Assembly (NCBI GenBank): GCA_963722255.1
Contig: CAVRJO010000001.1
Coordinates: 288,001-352,000, forward strand
Length of the DNA stretch: 64,000 nucleotides
Source: Candidatus Babeliales bacterium
Lineage (GTDB): Bacteria > Babelota > Babeliae > Babelales > JANWKD01
Direction of reading: 5' to 3'
Notes under the pieces: generated by a model
What the model saw: only the letters and a program-made list of their open reading frames with translations
Told to the model about the DNA's origin: nothing
The model's database searches: none
Translations under genes and position numbers: made by a program
Part shown: in pieces, positions 18,267-30,721 of the stretch
How the letters are laid out: each line of letters begins with the position of its first letter
Numbering within the stretch: position 1 is the first letter of the stretch

Positions 18267-20768
18267 TTATTTACTCGTTGGCAAACCTGGAACAGTATCT
18301 TTGCCAAGGACTGCATTATATGCTTGATCAATAAAAAAGGGTCGTGTTGCTCGAGCCTCACTAAAATCATCCTTCCTCTTTTTCAAAAAAGCTTCTTGTG
18401 CTTTTTTCCCTTCATTTCTTAATTCAGGCAATGGAATATCAGGATTTTTGCTAAGCGCACTTCCTGTAGCCCAACTCCCCCAGGTCCCCCAATCAACACG
18501 ACTTCGTGTTCCTTTCGCACTATAGACTGCATTGAGAGAATACCAGTGGTTAAGACCCGGCAAAACTACAAGATCTTTCATTTTCATTTCATCAGGTGGG
18601 ATAGTATAAACTGGAACCGTTAAATCATTGAGAAATCTCTCTTGTTGCATATCAAGTCGTTCCATTATAGTTGAAAGAGAATTATAATAATCTAACAACA
18701 GCTTTAAAGACTCATCGCCCATAAATTCTTGATTATTATTAGTAATTTTTGCGACAATTTGCGATGAAAGCTTATCAGTCAATGCTATAAACATATCTCT
18801 AAACGAATCAATAAACTCTAATGCTTTATAATATTCACTAGGTTCAGGATCCCATTTTTCCAAGAAATTCTTTTTTGATGAGAACCTATCATTCATCACT
18901 TCTTTGACAGAATCCATTGCATTATTTAGTTCATCCTTACTTTTTATTGCATCAAAATTTTTAACAATTTCTTTAAGTTGATCTCGCTGCTTCATTAACC
19001 ATTTTACATCATTATCCATGTTAGTATAAACCTTAGGAGTATCAATCAAATCAAAGAGATTATTGCCCTTCATATTATATCCATTAATCATTTGATATTT
19101 AACCCTAAGATCATCTGGTAGGCCCGCACCAGTGCGAACGGCCTCTCTATTAGGTGACTTTTCAACTTCAGTTTGGATTGCCTTTGCCCCTCTTGCTGAA
19201 CCTTGTTTTTTAAAGACTTGATCAGCCTTGATAAGGCTTTCTCTAAAATTTGGGATTCTATTTAAATAATCAATTGTTGCAAATGTTTTTTTAAACAAAA
19301 GATTCCTTTTCTTCTTCATTGCAATACTTTTTTGCAATAATGCCACTTTAGTCGCCTCATCTAACTGCGAAAATTGAGGGGAAGTCAAAACATCTTGATA
19401 TGCTTTATCTAATCTTGTAACCAGATCTTTTAATTTTAATACGAATTTAATCTTGGTGAATTGATCAAATCGTATTTCTCCTGCTTCATCTTTGGTAAGT
19501 TGCTCAAGATCAATGCCATCAAGCATCTCAACTGTTTTAATTAAATTTTTATATGCTTCAGTTTTAATTGCTTTAGCATAATCTTTTTGTAATCTACCAG
19601 GTTTACCATTTCTTCCAAGCATATCATCAAAATCTAACGTTGAGCTTGCATCAAGATATTCTCGAATAACCTCTTTCTGTTTTTTATGAACTTCTGCACG
19701 ATCAGCTTCACTTGTTGCAGGCCAAGGCTCTGCTGCGCCTTCAGATTTTTTTCCTGTTGATTCTATAATCAATTTTTTAGCTTCTTCTATTAAACCTTTT
19801 GTTTCTGCATCCAATTTTAAACCTTCGACACCATTGAGTTGATCCACATCTGTTAGTTCATCCAAATCTGTTATAGTCGTTGCCAATAAATCAACCGCTT
19901 CTTTTCTCTGATATTTTAGTTTATCGGTTTCTTTTTCCATTAACACGCCTTAAAGCTCCTGTACTCGTATCTTTTTTAAGTTCATCAAGTTGAGCATCTA
20001 TACTCTTTAAATTTCTTAAATACAAATCAATATTTTGTTTATTATCATTTGTTTTTCCAGCAAAATCATTCAACAGACTAATTTCATACGCATTCTTCGC
20101 TTGTTTTCTTAGATCACCAAGACGTCCATAAATTGTACCAAGTTTTTCACGTAAATTTATCAATTTATTAGGATCATTTAAGATCGATTCACCAACATTA
20201 ACCGAAACTTCTAAAACAAATTTTTGTAAACGATCATACCAACGTTTAGGTAATGAAATCTTTGTATTTACCGCTTCCAAAACTTTCTTTGTATTTTTTT
20301 CTTGCACCTCAATAGGTACAACAGGAGCAACAGGCGTTTCAACAGGATTAAGTGTTCCGGCAATTTTTTGATTCAAAGCATCAACTATCTGCTTGGTTAA
20401 TTTTTCTTGTGCATTTATCTGTTTTTCAAGCTCTGCTTTTTGGTTTTCAAAATCAGCCGGTTTTTGTGGTTCTCGTATAAGATTTTCTAATCTAACATCC
20501 AAATTGTATGCTTCAACCACAGATCGATCAGCATTTATCTTCATTTCTTCTTCATCTGCGGCTTCTTTAGTTATTTCATTTTTTTTTATTTTTCTTCCAG
20601 CTCATTCTTACGCTTATCTATATCTTTTTGCACTTTTTCGGCTTTTTCTTTTCGTAATGCCTCAGAAGTACCTTCAATCGTTGCAAGGGTCCACTTACCC
20701 ATTTCGCCTGAATAAATCTGTGGCATAAAAAGCAATAATAGAAATATATATCGCATCATATTTTGCAT
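18267..20768 (-). CDS. Large secreted coiled-coil protein (about 830 aa), split into three ORFs by two frameshifts
   Basis: ORFs 20586..20768, 19921..20544 and 18267..19946 appear to join, one junction being at a long A-run (T-run on + strand, about 20580-20595). Signal peptide MRYIFLLLLFMPQIYS. Confidence 0.6.
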
Positions 20769-20886
20769 TACATCACCCTTTTTTTAATAGTAGTTATTCA
20801 TACCCTAGTTTTTTAGGGTTAAGCCTACTAATAACCATCGATCATTTGCAATAAAAATAAAGATACATGAATAGTGGGATAAATAA

Positions 20887-21965
<1,079 letters not shown>

Positions 21966-22080
21966 ATTATTATCATTATTTTGCAAAAAAGAAATTTTCA
22001 TCCATATCTTTGATTTCTTGCATTAATTTTTGGTAACGTAATAAAAATTACTAGTGACAATTCAAGAAAGAGAGTGATGC

Positions 22081-22647
22081 ATGATGGCTATTTCAATAAA
22101 ACAATCATCTTTACAAATAATGGTAAGTATACTTTTATGTATGCTTTTTATGATCTCGTGCATAACATTCTGGTATCAATCAACCATAGTAACTGATCAA
22201 CATATTGTTAATGATATTGCCATTCTTGGATCAATTTTTAAGAAGATTAACGAAGCATGCGAAATTGTTGATTTTAAGTTTCAGCAAAACAATGCTATCG
22301 ACTATTTGCAAGTCATTGCCTTTGAAGGATCTGAACTTGGAAGCATGGCGCTTAAACATCCAAAAAAATGGAAAGGGCCTTATCTGCGTGATAACCTTAC
22401 TGCCCAAGGAAAGTTTTATCAAATTGTTAAAACAAATGATGGCTATTTTATTGTACCTGGCGATGGCGTTATTTTGCACAATGGCAAAACAGTTGGCAAA
22501 GATATTAAATTTGATCTAAATGCAAACATCCCTGCACTGATAAAAGACCCAGAAATGCTTCAGTTTCAAGGTAAGCCATTGGCTGCAAAACTGGAAATCG
22601 GCTTGCAAAAGCCTACCATACCGGTTGACGAAGTTATAGAAGAATAG
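22081..22647 (+). CDS. GspG/pseudopilin-like protein
   Basis: Single N-terminal TM helix, 'IVNDIAILGSIFKK' helix and HPKKWKGPYL (GspG WxGPYL motif). The classical GFTLIE prepilin site is not seen. Confidence 0.55.
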   Translation: MMAISIKQSSLQIMVSILLCMLFMISCITFWYQSTIVTDQHIVNDIAILGSIFKKINEACEIVDFKFQQNNAIDYLQVIAFEGSELGSMALKHPKKWKGPYLRDNLTAQGKFYQIVKTNDGYFIVPGDGVILHNGKTVGKDIKFDLNANIPALIKDPEMLQFQGKPLAAKLEIGLQKPTIPVDEVIEE

Positions 22648-22716
22648 TTTATGATTTTTCAAAATATGCAAATAAAAAATAATAAAATTTTATATCTCTT
22701 GATTTAAAGGAATAGT

Positions 22717-24636
22717 ATGAAGATTATTACAATATTCTACTTATTTATTGCATGTATAAACAATATGACTATTTATAGCTCAGAAGCCATTAAGGCAATT
22801 GATTGGAGCAAAGAAAGACCCGAAGTTCCTAAGGGCACTGATTCACAAAAAGAACGCCAAGAAAAAGCTTTAATAGCAAAACGAGATGAACTTAAAAGAA
22901 ATATCGAAGAAGAAAAGACAGGAAGCCTGCCAGATGATCCAAAAATAAAACTTCAGCAAGATATTCTCGATTATTATGAGGCAACATTGGAACAGTTTAA
23001 TGCTGAAAAACGATTGGAAGAAAATCCACAAGATAAAGAAGCGCAAGAATCAAAAGCAATTAAAGAAAAAGAACGAAATGATTTAAATACTAAAATTACT
23101 CAACAAATTGCATCAACATTTAGCCCAGCATCCAATAATGGCCAAGGAGAAAAACAGCCTGCAGGAGCACAAAGAATTATTGAAAAAATAAAATCGGCGA
23201 TTAAGAATCTCATTTCAAAAATAGTTGATATAAAGTTTTCCAATAAAGCTACGATTGAAAAAGTAGCTACCTCACTTAAAAAATCCATAGCTGATCCAAA
23301 AATTGCGAATCTACCTGCTGACTTTCAAACAAAACCTATGATGGAAAAAATAGAACTCTCATTACAGGCATATGACAATCCCGAAAATAGTAACATTCAA
23401 AGTTTCTATAAACAACAAATAGAAGAATATGTTAACGCATTACAAAATTCTGATATTGAATTTTCAGTACAAAATAAAGATCCCTATGCCATAGCAAAAC
23501 ATCATAGTGAGATTATTAAAAAATTATATGATATCGGCATTAATCAAGACCAGTTAGATAAATTGACACTTGTTAAAGACAATGCCATTAACACAATAAA
23601 AGAAACTTTTAAAACCCCTAATGCGCAAGAAAATGTAAAAAAGTTCTTTACCGAAACTAAAGCTGATAGTTTTAATCGCAGTTCTTTTGAATCAAAATTT
23701 GATCAACTAGTTCCAAGAAAATTTCTTGGTGAGGAATTAAACACCTTTAAAAAAAATTTCGATGAACTAAAAACCGAGTTATCTCAATTAGAGAATTATG
23801 CTCACTACAGCTTAGATATAGTTAACACAGAATATAGATCTCCATTACTCGAATTTTTACAAAAAAAATACTCTGAGTTAGCAACCATAATGCAGCGAGT
23901 CTTAAACTATAATCGGAAAACAGAGGGTATTGACCAACTAGTAACGGATGCAATGATACAAGATTTACAAGCAAAAGCTAAACAAGCGGAAACATGGCTT
24001 ATTGAAAATGCTGCATCAGCAGAAAAAAGAAAACCCTCAACAGAAGCTATTAAAAAAATCGAAAACGAAAATATAAATGCAAAACCTCTAGACTCGCAAG
24101 CACTAATAATTGCCAACACAAAAGCTCCTCATTACATCGATGAGTTTAAAGCACAACTTTCAAAAACTAATGATCCTCTTGAAATAACATTGCAAGAAAA
24201 ATTTACAAAAATCTCTGAAATTCTTGCTGATTTTATTACTTTTTCAAAAGATGCAGATCCTTCAAAAGCGGGTGTTGACACCGCACAATTGATTCTTGAA
24301 AACATACAAAATCTAAAGAACTGGATCGATCTTTACGCAACCACCTTTAACTTATCTGAAGAACAACTCAAGAAACTTGCATCATATTATTCTTCTTTAA
24401 ACGAACTTTTTGCAAAGATATCTCAACAAAGAAATAATGATATACAAAATATTTTTAGGCGTTTAGATGATGGATCTCTTATATTAGTTGATAAAAGCCG
24501 CCGCAAAGTAAGCGGAGAAGTTTATGTTCCCATTATATTTAGCATTGAAAAAATCCAATCACTCGATGAGATCATCACACAATTTAAAGCTGAACGTAAG
24601 GCAATGACTACAATCAAAGAATCCGGTGGCCTATAA
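22717..24636 (+). CDS. Secreted helical protein, paralog A
   Basis: AAGGA RBS and signal peptide. Shares blocks with 24881..26830 (AYDNPEN/AYNRPEN, DIEF/DIEY, ADPSK, RLDDG/RLQDG, FKAER/FKAGR). Confidence 0.8.
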   Translation: MKIITIFYLFIACINNMTIYSSEAIKAIDWSKERPEVPKGTDSQKERQEKALIAKRDELKRNIEEEKTGSLPDDPKIKLQQDILDYYEATLEQFNAEKRLEENPQDKEAQESKAIKEKERNDLNTKITQQIASTFSPASNNGQGEKQPAGAQRIIEKIKSAIKNLISKIVDIKFSNKATIEKVATSLKKSIADPKIANLPADFQTKPMMEKIELSLQAYDNPENSNIQSFYKQQIEEYVNALQNSDIEFSVQNKDPYAIAKHHSEIIKKLYDIGINQDQLDKLTLVKDNAINTIKETFKTPNAQENVKKFFTETKADSFNRSSFESKFDQLVPRKFLGEELNTFKKNFDELKTELSQLENYAHYSLDIVNTEYRSPLLEFLQKKYSELATIMQRVLNYNRKTEGIDQLVTDAMIQDLQAKAKQAETWLIENAASAEKRKPSTEAIKKIENENINAKPLDSQALIIANTKAPHYIDEFKAQLSKTNDPLEITLQEKFTKISEILADFITFSKDADPSKAGVDTAQLILENIQNLKNWIDLYATTFNLSEEQLKKLASYYSSLNELFAKISQQRNNDIQNIFRRLDDGSLILVDKSRRKVSGEVYVPIIFSIEKIQSLDEIITQFKAERKAMTTIKESGGL

Positions 24637-24668
24637 AAGCTTATTCTGGTCAATTTTATAAGAGATTG

Positions 24669-24737
24669 TTGGCTGCAAAACTGGAAATCTGCTTGCAAAA
24701 ACCTACCATATCGGTTGATGAAGTTATGGAAGATTAA
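24669..24737 (+). repeat. Diverged second copy of the GspG-like gene 3' end
   Basis: 62/69 nt identical to 22579..22647; reads LAAKLEICLQKPTISVDEVMED*. Confidence 0.9.
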
Positions 24738-24880
24738 AAGTCCTGAATTGTCTCGTATCCCTACCCTTCCCTATTAATAAATTATTTCAATTTGAATATT
24801 TTATTGAAAAATCACTTTGTTTTTTGCTATCCTTATACTAAATAGAAATTACTATGAAAAAAGAGTATAAAGGGGCGGCT

Positions 24881-26830
24881 ATGAACTTTTTAAAAAAAAT
24901 ATCAGTTTTTATTGTTTTTTTGAGCTTTATAAATATTTGTTTGGCTGGTGAAGCACCACGCGGAATAATAGAAAGGCCCCAAGAACCTACTACTCCTTCG
25001 GCAAGAGATACTCTTGAACTTGAAGGTAAGCGTAATCTTGAAATTGATAAACAAGAAAAAGAAAAACAATTAACAAATGAAAAAGATCCAGCAAAACAGC
25101 AGAACTTTCAGATGAACTCAGGATAATTGATAATCAACAAAAATATATCAAAAGTTTAATAGAAACTTTCGATGCCAAAGAGCGGCTAAAAATAAATTCT
25201 AATGACCCCGCAGCCAAAAAAACAATCAGAGATAATAAAGAAGCAAGAAAATTCTTGGATGAACAACTTCAAATCCTATCAGAAGCAATTCAAAAAGGAT
25301 ACATACCTGCTGATGGAGAAACAACAAATCAACCTTCATTGGTATCTAAACTAGTTGAAGCAATATTTTCTCCAATACAAAATTTCATAAAAAAATTTAA
25401 TGTAAAACGAGAATTGCAACCAGAACAAGCAAAAAAAACACTAGATAAAACTATAAAACAATCAACTACCATAGGGGGAGGCCCAATTGAAAGTCCAGAG
25501 AAAATACAATTTAGCTTAAAACAAAAATCGGTTGCAGATCAACTTGATTTATGGATAACTGCATATAATAGACCGGAGAACGTCGGTGTACAAAAATTGT
25601 ATAAAGATTTTATAACAGATTACATAACTAAACTTGAAAATGCCGATATTGAGTATACTTTACAAAATAAAAAGGATCCAGAAGCAATACAAAGGCATCA
25701 TGAAGAAATTGTTAATGCCTTACGTGCAATAGGAATTGATCAGGCTCAAATAGATGCATTGAATAAATACAAAGATGACGCGGTTAATAAAATCAAAACA
25801 ACCTTTAGCACACAAGATAAAATTAATAGAGTTAATAAGTTTTTTGATGCAACTTCAGCGGATAATTTTAGCTTAGAGCAATATAACAAATTAGCAGATG
25901 CTACCAATAAACTCGATACTAACTCTCCAGAACAGTTGAAAACTATGATTGCAAATGTCGAAACATTAAATGCTATAGTAGATGAGTTGAATGATTATGC
26001 AACATATTCCTTAGATTCGTTACCACAAGACATAAGAACCAAGATGCTAGAGTTTGTGACAAACGAGCAAAATTTTTTAATAAATTGTTATGAAGATATC
26101 ATTCAAGCTAAACTATTAGGAACTTTAGTTACAGAAGAAAAGGTGAAAGACCTGCTTAGAAAACTTAAACGTAACCAAGCATATTTAAGAAAAAACGGAA
26201 CAATTATTGCAAGACGTTGGTGAAAAAAATTTAATTGCAAACCAAAAACGCCTTGAAGTACAAGAATTAATAAAAAAAAATATGGATGCAAAACCATTGA
26301 ACGATCCATTTTTAAAATTAGCAAATGAAACAATTCCTTCTGGAATTAGCGAATTTAGCAAACTCTTACGAGAAAATCCACTTGCAACTGATACCAAAGA
26401 TAAATTTGCAGTTATTACAAGAGCGATAGATAGTTTCGTAAAAAATGCTGGCGAAGCCGATCCTTCAAAAAAGGCAGTAGAAGCTTCAGAAGCTATTCTT
26501 ACTGAAATAGATAATTTACAGGATTATATACAGCTTTATAATGATGAAACTGAATTGACACCAGAGCAACAAAAACAACTTGTGCAATACTATAAAACTC
26601 TCGATGATCTGTATACAAAAATTGCTGGACAGGCAGTTAATGATATGAATAATCTTTTAAAACGTTTGCAAGATGGAACAGTTATTTACTTGGAAAAAAG
26701 CAAGAGAAATACTCCTAAAGATCAATTTTTAATTCAACAAGGTTTAACAAAACAGGAGACTGCTGATTTTATAGAATCTAAATTTAAAGCAGGTCGCATT
26801 AATATGATTACATCCCAGGAAATTTCTTAA
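24881..26830 (+). CDS. Secreted helical protein, paralog B (two frameshifts near 25100 and 26210)
   Basis: The joined ORFs align collinearly with 22717..24636. Signal peptide MNFLKKISVFIVFLSFINICLA. Confidence 0.7.
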
Positions 26831-26865
26831 TAAATTATCCATTTAAACAAAAAAAAGGATCAATA

Positions 26866-29703
26866 ATGCAGTTAAAATTATTATATTATGCATTCATTGC
26901 GTGTTCGCTCGCAATAAACATCGATCTGCATGCAATGAAGCGTAAACATGAAGAAGAGAAAGAAAAGGAAAAAGGATCTGAAGAACAAATTCTTGGAAAA
27001 GAGAAAAAACGAAAGTTAGAGCAAGAGCAACAACTTGTGCAAGGAATATTGCAAGAAAAAAGCTTAGAAGAACGTGCTCAAAATTACCTTACTACCCTTA
27101 TGCAAATAAAAGATGAACAAGCTCTTAACATAATGCTTGAACAGCATTTCTATGAACCATTAGAACTAAAAGATTATCTTACAAACCTAATAAACACACC
27201 AAATATAGTGGGTGAAACCCCTTTGCATGATGCCAAAAATAAATACCAAGTGCATGCTCTTTTTGCAATGGGTGCAAATCCAAATATTCGATCACATATT
27301 CTTCACTTCCCATTTGATACAATGCTCTTTAAAGGAAATATTGAAGCAGCAGAAGCAGTTCTTGAAATTTTGAAGGTAGAACCTCTTTTAGCTTTGAATT
27401 TGACAATTTTTACTACACTTCATTATGCAATTATGAATAATGCACCATCACTTGTACGAAGAATCCTTGCTAATCCCCAAAATCAAGATAATGTTGCAGA
27501 TGTTCTAGAAGAAAGAAACATTGAACCTGAGGCAATAGCTCTTATTGCAGCCGCTCTTTATTGCCCAGATTGCATTAAAGATCTTATTGCACATGGTGGT
27601 AATATAAACCTAATGGACTTAAATGGAATACCATTAATAGTTCACGCAGCTAGAACACAACCTCCTGCAATCATAGAAATGCTCATACAAAATGGAGCTG
27701 ATCCAGCTGCCGTTGATACGGATGACCTAAATATCCTTGCTTACGCAGTAGATAGCAATAACTATGATCTTATCACCTATTTAGTAGATACTAAAAAATT
27801 TAACGTTAATGTAGATCCTCAATCACCGGATTATGAAGGTGAATTCCATGAATTTCTAGCTCCCTTAGGCATAGCAGTAGAAAATTACCTTGTTGAAGAA
27901 AATCCATCACAGCTTACTAAGATAGAAGAGATTATACATTTTTTAGTTCAACGAGGTGCAAGAGTTAACACTACCCGATCTCTCTATCAAACACCACTTT
28001 TTATTAAATTAGTAAAAAAAGCTACTGAAAACACAAGAAGTTTTAATTTAGTTCGTTATTTTGTAGAACATGCTCATGCAGATGTCAATATCATTTCATT
28101 TGAAGAAAGTGAAATCAATCTTAGCAATCCTAAAGAAGAGTACCCATTAGCTGCAGCAATTTTTACTGATTATGATCACACTAAAGAAATCAATCAAATT
28201 AATGAAAATCTTAATTATGAACTTATAAACTATCTTATAGCCCATGGAGCAAAAATCAGACAACGTGATTTGGATATCATAGGTCAATTTGGCAATCAAA
28301 CGTTACGAGAAGCTCTAGCTAAAGCAGCTATTTTTGATGAACAAGAGTTTAATAAAAACATTGCAGGGCAAGAAAAAAAACTTGAAACTCCAATGGAGAT
28401 TGAAGAGACCCCGGAAGAATTAAAATCACCCAAAGAGGAATTTGAAGAAGTTTCACGCATCTATCAACCGCTTAGTTTAAAGTATCAAATAACTAAACAA
28501 TTTATTACAAATTTTTTACAAGCAGATCAAGAAGAAACTATCGCAATGCAAGAAGCTTATCAGAAATTGATTCCTGAGATGAAAGAGTATATACGCTTAT
28601 TAGTAAATGAAAAAAACAGTATGAATCTCACCTTATTGCATAATGCAACAACTGCTCAGGACGTTGAAAAACTCTTACTTCTTGGAGCTGATCCTGCTAT
28701 TGTGTCAAAAACCGGTCAAAATGCATTCTCAAGCATGCTGATACATGGTAATAATGCAGCAGCTGAAAAATTATTAGAACTTAACCCTGATGAATCTCTT
28801 ATCTTTTTTGATAAAGGCGGTTTATCGACTCTTCATTATGCTCTCATTGCTCATGCTGTATCTATAGCAAGAAGGATTTTGGATAATCCTGCAAACAAGG
28901 AAATAATTAAAACAACAATAAATGAATTAGTTGGGAGAGATCCCGGCGTAACTCCATTGATATTAGCAACACTTTATTGCCCTGAACTCATTGAACTGCT
29001 TATTCAAAACGGTGCTGAACCCAATTTGCATAATATAGATGGAGTATCTCCTCTTTTATTTGCTGCAAATAAACAACCCGTAGAATTTATTAAACTCTTA
29101 ATCAAATATGGAGCAAATTTAGAAGCTACTAATCATATTGGCGATGATGCCCTTTATTATGCAGTAGCTGGAAAGAATATTCCTCTTATTAGCTATTTAG
29201 TGCAAGAGCTAAAATTTGATCCCAATATACCTAATGATGATGAAGAGCCTACAACTGCATTTGAATATGCTATTCAAAATATTACAGATCCTGAATATCA
29301 TAAAACTATTGAAGAGTTATTAAAATATGGCGGTGATACGAATACAAAAAAAACTAACTTAACCATTATTATTCCAAAAGCATATGCGTATACCACTCTT
29401 ATAAAAGAGTTCATTCATCATGGTGCAGATGTAAATTACACTGATGGAATACGCTATCCGCTAGCTGAGGCGCTATTTCTCTATGATGAAAATGTCAATG
29501 ATTATGTCGAATTACGAAATCAATTTAATTATGATCTTATTGCTTACCTTATTGAAAAAGGAGCACTTATTGAACAAAAACATAAAGACATCATTATGAA
29601 GAGCCAAAATAAAGAGCTTATTAATCTCATTAAGCCCGCTAAAATTTATTATGAACACCTCAAAGAGGCAAAAAGAATTGAACACCAAGAAAAAAATGAC
29701 TAA
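26866..29703 (+). CDS. Secreted ankyrin-repeat protein with internal duplication
   Basis: GETPLHDA, TTLHYAI, LIQNGADP and GVSPLLFAA repeats in two homologous halves. Confidence 0.9.
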   Translation: MQLKLLYYAFIACSLAINIDLHAMKRKHEEEKEKEKGSEEQILGKEKKRKLEQEQQLVQGILQEKSLEERAQNYLTTLMQIKDEQALNIMLEQHFYEPLELKDYLTNLINTPNIVGETPLHDAKNKYQVHALFAMGANPNIRSHILHFPFDTMLFKGNIEAAEAVLEILKVEPLLALNLTIFTTLHYAIMNNAPSLVRRILANPQNQDNVADVLEERNIEPEAIALIAAALYCPDCIKDLIAHGGNINLMDLNGIPLIVHAARTQPPAIIEMLIQNGADPAAVDTDDLNILAYAVDSNNYDLITYLVDTKKFNVNVDPQSPDYEGEFHEFLAPLGIAVENYLVEENPSQLTKIEEIIHFLVQRGARVNTTRSLYQTPLFIKLVKKATENTRSFNLVRYFVEHAHADVNIISFEESEINLSNPKEEYPLAAAIFTDYDHTKEINQINENLNYELINYLIAHGAKIRQRDLDIIGQFGNQTLREALAKAAIFDEQEFNKNIAGQEKKLETPMEIEETPEELKSPKEEFEEVSRIYQPLSLKYQITKQFITNFLQADQEETIAMQEAYQKLIPEMKEYIRLLVNEKNSMNLTLLHNATTAQDVEKLLLLGADPAIVSKTGQNAFSSMLIHGNNAAAEKLLELNPDESLIFFDKGGLSTLHYALIAHAVSIARRILDNPANKEIIKTTINELVGRDPGVTPLILATLYCPELIELLIQNGAEPNLHNIDGVSPLLFAANKQPVEFIKLLIKYGANLEATNHIGDDALYYAVAGKNIPLISYLVQELKFDPNIPNDDEEPTTAFEYAIQNITDPEYHKTIEELLKYGGDTNTKKTNLTIIIPKAYAYTTLIKEFIHHGADVNYTDGIRYPLAEALFLYDENVNDYVELRNQFNYDLIAYLIEKGALIEQKHKDIIMKSQNKELINLIKPAKIYYEHLKEAKRIEHQEKND

Positions 29704-29706
29704 TCG

Positions 29707-30627
29707 TTAGTGAAGCATAAACTGTAAATAGAAATGTTCAAAATGTGCAGGAAGACCATTCTTTATATTCCAATCAATTGAATAAAGATGATCATGTGCT
29801 TGTTTAAGTTTATCGACTGTTACCAGCTTCCAATCTTTTTGCATAAAAGAAAAAGGGAGTCTATACGCAACCCGTTTTGCCTTGGTAAAGTTTTTATCAT
29901 GCATCAATAAACAAAATAACGTGGCTTTAAAAAGCTGCTCAGACCAAAACGTAGTCCAAAATGGATCTGAATAATCATCACAAATCATAGTCCATAGCTG
30001 AAAAAATTGCTGTTCTTTTTTTGCAAACAATAAGCTACTCAAGGTAAATAAAGATTTTTCAGGATTAAGTAATGTCGGCAACCACTCATGCAAAAATGCA
30101 TCAGACTTATTACCAACAAGAATACAATAGTGCATCAGCACAAATACTGAATCTATATTCAGAACAGTACTGATTCTAAAAAGCTGCTTTACAATCTGGG
30201 TACATTTTGCCGATTGCGCAGGATAAAGAAAAGAAAAAAGTCGCGTAAATTCCTCATACGTTACTTCCTCAGGCACTTCAATTATGATTTCCTGAGTCCC
30301 TTCTTGAGCAGGAACTATTTTACTTACGTATCCAATAATATTTGGACCAGAATATGCATGTAATAATGAAGAAACTGTACTATTTTCAGATAAGAGATTC
30401 TCACTGAGCCAGAAGACCGAAATTTCCCCTAAAAAGCCCATCATTAACTGTGCTTTTAATGCAGCCTGAGAATCTAATGAATCGATAATCGAAATTTGAT
30501 TAGAAACAGATTCAAATTTTTTTTTAAAAATCTTAGTAATAAGTGATGAATTTTGTTTTGTAATAAAACAAAAAGTAGACCCTAACTTTGCCGGAGAATC
30601 ATGAGAAATAAAAGTTACTAAATCCAT
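29707..30627 (-). CDS. holA: DNA polymerase III delta subunit-like
   Basis: Size, an MGFLG motif and C-terminal 'LYSIDWNIKNG' resembling HolA DxxxKxG; divergent. Confidence 0.55.
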   Translation of the reverse strand: MDLVTFISHDSPAKLGSTFCFITKQNSSLITKIFKKKFESVSNQISIIDSLDSQAALKAQLMMGFLGEISVFWLSENLLSENSTVSSLLHAYSGPNIIGYVSKIVPAQEGTQEIIIEVPEEVTYEEFTRLFSFLYPAQSAKCTQIVKQLFRISTVLNIDSVFVLMHYCILVGNKSDAFLHEWLPTLLNPEKSLFTLSSLLFAKKEQQFFQLWTMICDDYSDPFWTTFWSEQLFKATLFCLLMHDKNFTKAKRVAYRLPFSFMQKDWKLVTVDKLKQAHDHLYSIDWNIKNGLPAHFEHFYLQFMLH

Positions 30628-30662
30628 GGATAATTCACATTCTAAGGAAGCGGTTTTTTATA

Positions 30663-30689
30663 ACTGGGTCACCACGTTTTCGAAGCAAC
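30663..30689. repeat. Remnant of the 7361..7452 palindromic element
   Basis: actgggtcaccacgt is identical to 7415-7429 and cgaagcaac is identical to 7378-7386. Confidence 0.5.
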
Positions 30690-30721
30690 TCCGTTGAATC
30701 ACTCTATCCGTATATCATTGT

